Assembly: GCF_963506605.1 (NCBI RefSeq)
Contig: NC_083277.1
Coordinates: 95,294,001-95,358,000, forward strand
Source: Zootoca vivipara
Lineage: Eukaryota
Length of the DNA: 64,000 nt
Reading direction: 5' to 3'
Shown piece by piece: positions 60,401 to 64,000 of this stretch. Made by a program: the position numbers and the translations under genes. Position 1 is the stretch's first letter; each line of letters starts with the position of its first letter. The notes under the pieces were generated by a model. The model saw only the letters and a program-made list of their open reading frames with translations, was not told the origin of the DNA and searched no databases.

Positions 60401-63400
60401 TGGCAAAGAAGAGTTCCTGGTGCCTCACAATGTACTGGATATTGTAGCAGCTCAAACAGTCATATGGATCGGGATTTACTTCTGCCCACTTCTGCCTTTG
60501 CTTGCCTGTGTCTTCATCTTCTTTACATTCTATATAAAAAAGGTCAGTGGCATGCTGTCACTGGACTAGGGGGACAAGGCTATGTTAGAGATTCATTCCC
60601 CGTGTTTGCATTCATGGAATTGTTGTCTATCAACATGACAGTGTATGTTTACATTCCACAGAGTGGGAAGTGACAAAGACAGGATGTTTGTGTTACTGTG
60701 TTTCCTGAAGTGGGACTATTGTCCTTTGTCCTTTCTCTTTGCTGCCTGATGCTAGAGAGAGAGGGAGCCATGTTGCAGTGCTCCATGTGTGTTTATATGT
60801 AAACAAAATAGATTAGCCAAATGCTGAGTTGCTGAGGTCTGTTACTCAACTGCGCAAACTCTGCAGATCCGTAAGTATGCTGGTGTCAGTTGGCATCAGT
60901 CGCTGTGATGTTCGGGCTGGAGAAAGCTTTCGAAGCTCCCGAACAATCGACCAGGAGGGAGGGAACATGCCAGCCGGGCATGTGTCTCTGTCAGGGTCCT
61001 ACTGGAAAGTAAGAGATCCTAACAGGCTAGTCCCCTAAATGTTCCCCTGGCACCTCCTTCCCAAAGCCCAGGAAGCTTCTGTCCAGCTTAGGAAAGGAGG
61101 CACGATGCTCATGGGCACGACATCAGGCCCCCCACCTTATCGCCCTTGCAAGCTGGTGTTTCTCGCCCTAACTGCTCCCCTATGAAAATTTCACTGTACG
61201 CTACTGAAAAAGGTAAAGGTTGTGTATACATGTGTGCATGTGTGGGTGTTTGAGAGTACACACAGAGAGTACCTATCATGCCCATCATGATGCGGGTTGT
61301 GGATCCGGCCCTATTTTGAGTCCCTCATCCTCTTGACTTGTACCGTGCCAGGGAAGATGGCCATGATCCTGGCTAAGGGACTGTAGAGGAGTCTGGGAGT
61401 TACAAACTCTCAAAGCAGAGAAATTGCTGGTAGTAGCAAGCAACCCACACAGGAAGACCAGAGGTGGAGGGAAAGGTACTTGCTTCTCTGAACTCACCTC
61501 TCTTATCTTGGAGGCAGTCCCACCCAGACTCAGATCTTCACTTTGGTGGTTACTGACCCCATCCTGCCCACAGCTGTTGCTAGCATGTATGCATTTGAAG
61601 CCATTGAACCTGGCTGCAGCAGGTTGGATGCAACCTGGCCCTAGGTACTGTGAACACCTGGGCTGTATATAAATCATAATTTAAAGCACCCCCACAAAAA
61701 AAGTAATCATGGGAACTGTCATTCCTTAAGTCTGCTGTGAATTGTAGTTGTGTGAGGGGTAAACTGCAGTTCCCAATGATTCTTCATGGGGTGTTTCAAT
61801 ATATGTTTTCAGCTGTGATGTGAAGGCTTTAGCAATATATTTGAAAGTGGTATTGAGCTGTTCGCCTTTGGGGTCAATATATCTCTAGGAATGTGCAGGA
61901 GGCATGCTCACTCTCTTTTTCTCACCCACAGTACACCTTGTTCCAGAACTGCCAGCCTTCAACTCAGCTGTTTCGAGCATCCCGTTCTAAATTCCTCTTC
62001 CAGATCATGCTACTCTTAGGCCTTTTCCAGGCCTACGTCCCTCTGGGCTATGTCATCAGTAGGTGAGCTGAGGGGTGGGGAGCTAGAGGGTTGATCATCT
62101 TAAAGAGCACAGGGGTTGATGAAGCCTATATTCTGACAGTCATTCTTTTTTTTCTCCCAGGGTCTCTCCATCCCAAGCTTGTGGGCTCTTTACTAATTAT
62201 TCAACTCCATGGGAGGCAGTACCTAAGGCTCTGTCCCATTTACCCATGTCAACACAACGTGCCTTGAGCTATGTGACATCCAATGTCTTTTGTTTCTTAC
62301 TTCTGATGGTGCTCAGGTGGGTACTTTGGGAGGGACATGGATGGAGGAATACCAAAGGAGGGAGGGCTGGCCATATGTTATTGAATTATTTGCAAGGCAA
62401 GCAACCTCCTGGTTCTTGGCCTGGACCCTGTTGGAAAAGTGGTGTGTTACCGTCACTGGCCTTACCAGCCACAGAACAGCCTCCACAGCTCCTTTCAAGC
62501 TAAATCTGACCATCTGCCTGACCACTCAGGGCCACTTGAGCAAGAGACCTTGAGCAAGAGACCTCCCCTCTATAAACACTACTTATTATCTTCTACTGCT
62601 TCACCCCAAAAGGAAGGTGGCTCAAGCACACCTTGTGCTCAGAGTGTGTGATTCCAATGGTAACTTTGCCACTAATAAAAAAGGAGTGTAGCTTCCCCGC
62701 CCCCCTTTTAGTTAATGAAAGTCCCATAGTTCTGGCAAATGAATAGTCACATTTGAAAAAATTACTGTACCAATATTTTAGGAACTACACATGACAGCGT
62801 AGCTGTGGATCCATTGAGTGGTTCGGAAGCAGATGCTGCAGCTGAACTAAGCAGGTGTGGAGCTGGTCAATCCCTTGTATGGGAGATCAATCCATCAAGT
62901 GATAAGGATGGAATTTTTCAATAGCATCAGCATCAGACACTTGCTAGCACACCTGATCATCACTTTGATGCTTTGATGTTACTAGCAGGAAAAAGAGGCT
63001 CCTGGTGAGCGACCCAACTACAAATGCTCTAAAACAGATTGCTATTTCTGTTTAACCTTGATTAAATTTAACCTAGCAGATGGTTTTGTACTCACCCAGC
63101 CTATGGCAGGTGGCATCCCATTTCCCAGTCTGGCCTGGTGTATAAGTGGGAACCAAGATTCCACAAACTATTGGTGTGATGGCCTATTTTTCTCTCATAG
63201 CCTCATCCTTACAGCGTACGTTTCTCAGGTGCAAGCAAACAGACACATCATTGAAAGGCTGAAGAGGCAACGTGTGCAGGTAAAGTGTTCCTGCCATGTT
63301 ACAGAAGGATGCCAGATGGCGTGTAATAATCATGCACCTCTGGTAACCCTCTGACTGTGTGATGATCTGTTCTCTGGCTCATGTAATGTTAGGTTATGTA

Positions 63401-63492
63401 ATCTTTTCTCCTTTTGCTCCTCTGTCTAGTGTGTCAAGGAGAAATGGTGTTTGGTGAGGAAGCTGGCTCAGCAGCTGGTGAAACAACTGTGA
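51464..63492 (+). CDS. TMC8: Transmembrane channel-like protein 8 (EVER2), 15 coding exons, about 657 aa
   Basis: Exons: 51464-51612, 52233-52381, 53495-53647 (FGPGIQSYFTFLRFLL), 53780-53859, 54553-54692, 55690-55837 (WDFCI), 56780-56950, 57257-57405 (PNTEVNLTLI), 58394-58517, 59281-59378 (CWETHIGQEMYK), 60359-60542 (EEFLVPHNVLDIV), 61932-62062, 62161-62316 (CGLFTNYS), 63201-63279, 63430-63492. All GT-AG and in phase; head-to-head with TMC6 as in mammals. Confidence 0.95.
52690..52894. mobile_element. GC-rich DNA-transposon MITE
   Basis: CACTGGCAGAG...CTCCGCCACTG termini flanked by direct repeat TAGGAC. Confidence 0.7.
56160..56321. mobile_element. GC-rich hAT-type MITE
   Basis: CAGGGC...GCCCTG termini, 8-bp TSD TTCTGTTG. 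Confidence 0.85.
59031..59120. mobile_element. 90-bp MITE (hAT-like)
   Basis: TIRs, 8-bp TSD ACTTAGGG/ACTTAGGT. Confidence 0.85.
60583..61024 (+). mobile_element. Solo LTR, same family as 26518-26946
   Basis: TGT...ACA termini, 5-bp TSD GGCTA. Confidence 0.88.
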
Positions 63493-64000
63493 GTTGGGTT
63501 GCGGTGGGGAAAGGCCTCCCAGAGGATGAAAACTTCTGGTGGCAGGGCAAAGGCAGGAAAAAATGGCCTTGCTCCTGAGGAAAGCAAAGACCACAGAATG
63601 GTCAAAACATATCTGGATTAAAGAAGCAAGAGAAGCCCCCCGAGTGTGATTTGAAGATTATATGCTGGAAGACCTCAATTTCCTGTGAACACAAGTTGGC
63701 TCATAGAGCTACCCTATCATACCCTTTATCTTTTAAATAGGTACAATACATACATCTTCACTGTGTGTTCAGGTCCCTGGGATGTACATTTGGTACCTAA
63801 TATCATATCTTCCCTGTGAGTTGCTGTACCTTATTTGGCCAACTTCATGTTAGAACAAGTTCCTGCAAGCCTGAAAATGATGTTTTGGGGAAAGAACAAG
63901 GTGTATGGCAAGAATATATACAGCTTTATTACGCCAAAGTAATTCCAATTCAACAAAAATCTGAAACTGAGTATGTCACCAGTCCTCACTGAGGTGGATT

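Noticed and set aside
1-64000. CRISPR arrays, operons or other prokaryote-type systems
   Set aside because: The sequence is vertebrate with spliceosomal introns; repeats are dispersed transposons and microsatellites, with no repeat-spacer periodicity.

Overview
Vertebrate (squamate, most likely lacertid lizard, judged from Sauria SINE, Bov-B and L2 repeat content) genomic DNA. It holds four intron-containing genes as two head-to-head pairs: the 5' 14 coding exons of HGS (- strand, runs off the window start), complete ARL16 (+), complete TMC6/EVER1 (-, one exon hit by an N-gap) and complete TMC8/EVER2 (+). ARL16 and TMC6 converge tail-to-tail. Exons were reconstructed by hand from splice signals, codon phase and recalled similarity to the human proteins; most six-frame ORFs are intronic or repeat artefacts. 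Best observations: a minor-spliceosome (U12) AT-AC first intron in ARL16; an RFX X-box-like motif whose central ATG appears to be the ARL16 start codon; an apparent frameshift and a duplicated terminal-exon-like block at the TMC6 3' end; a GC-AG intron in TMC6; a Bov-B insertion with a twin-priming-type 5' inversion; two sister solo LTRs; MITE families carrying ZNF143/THAP11-like motifs; and a gene order differing from human 17q25.3. I see no evidence of a wholly new biological system.
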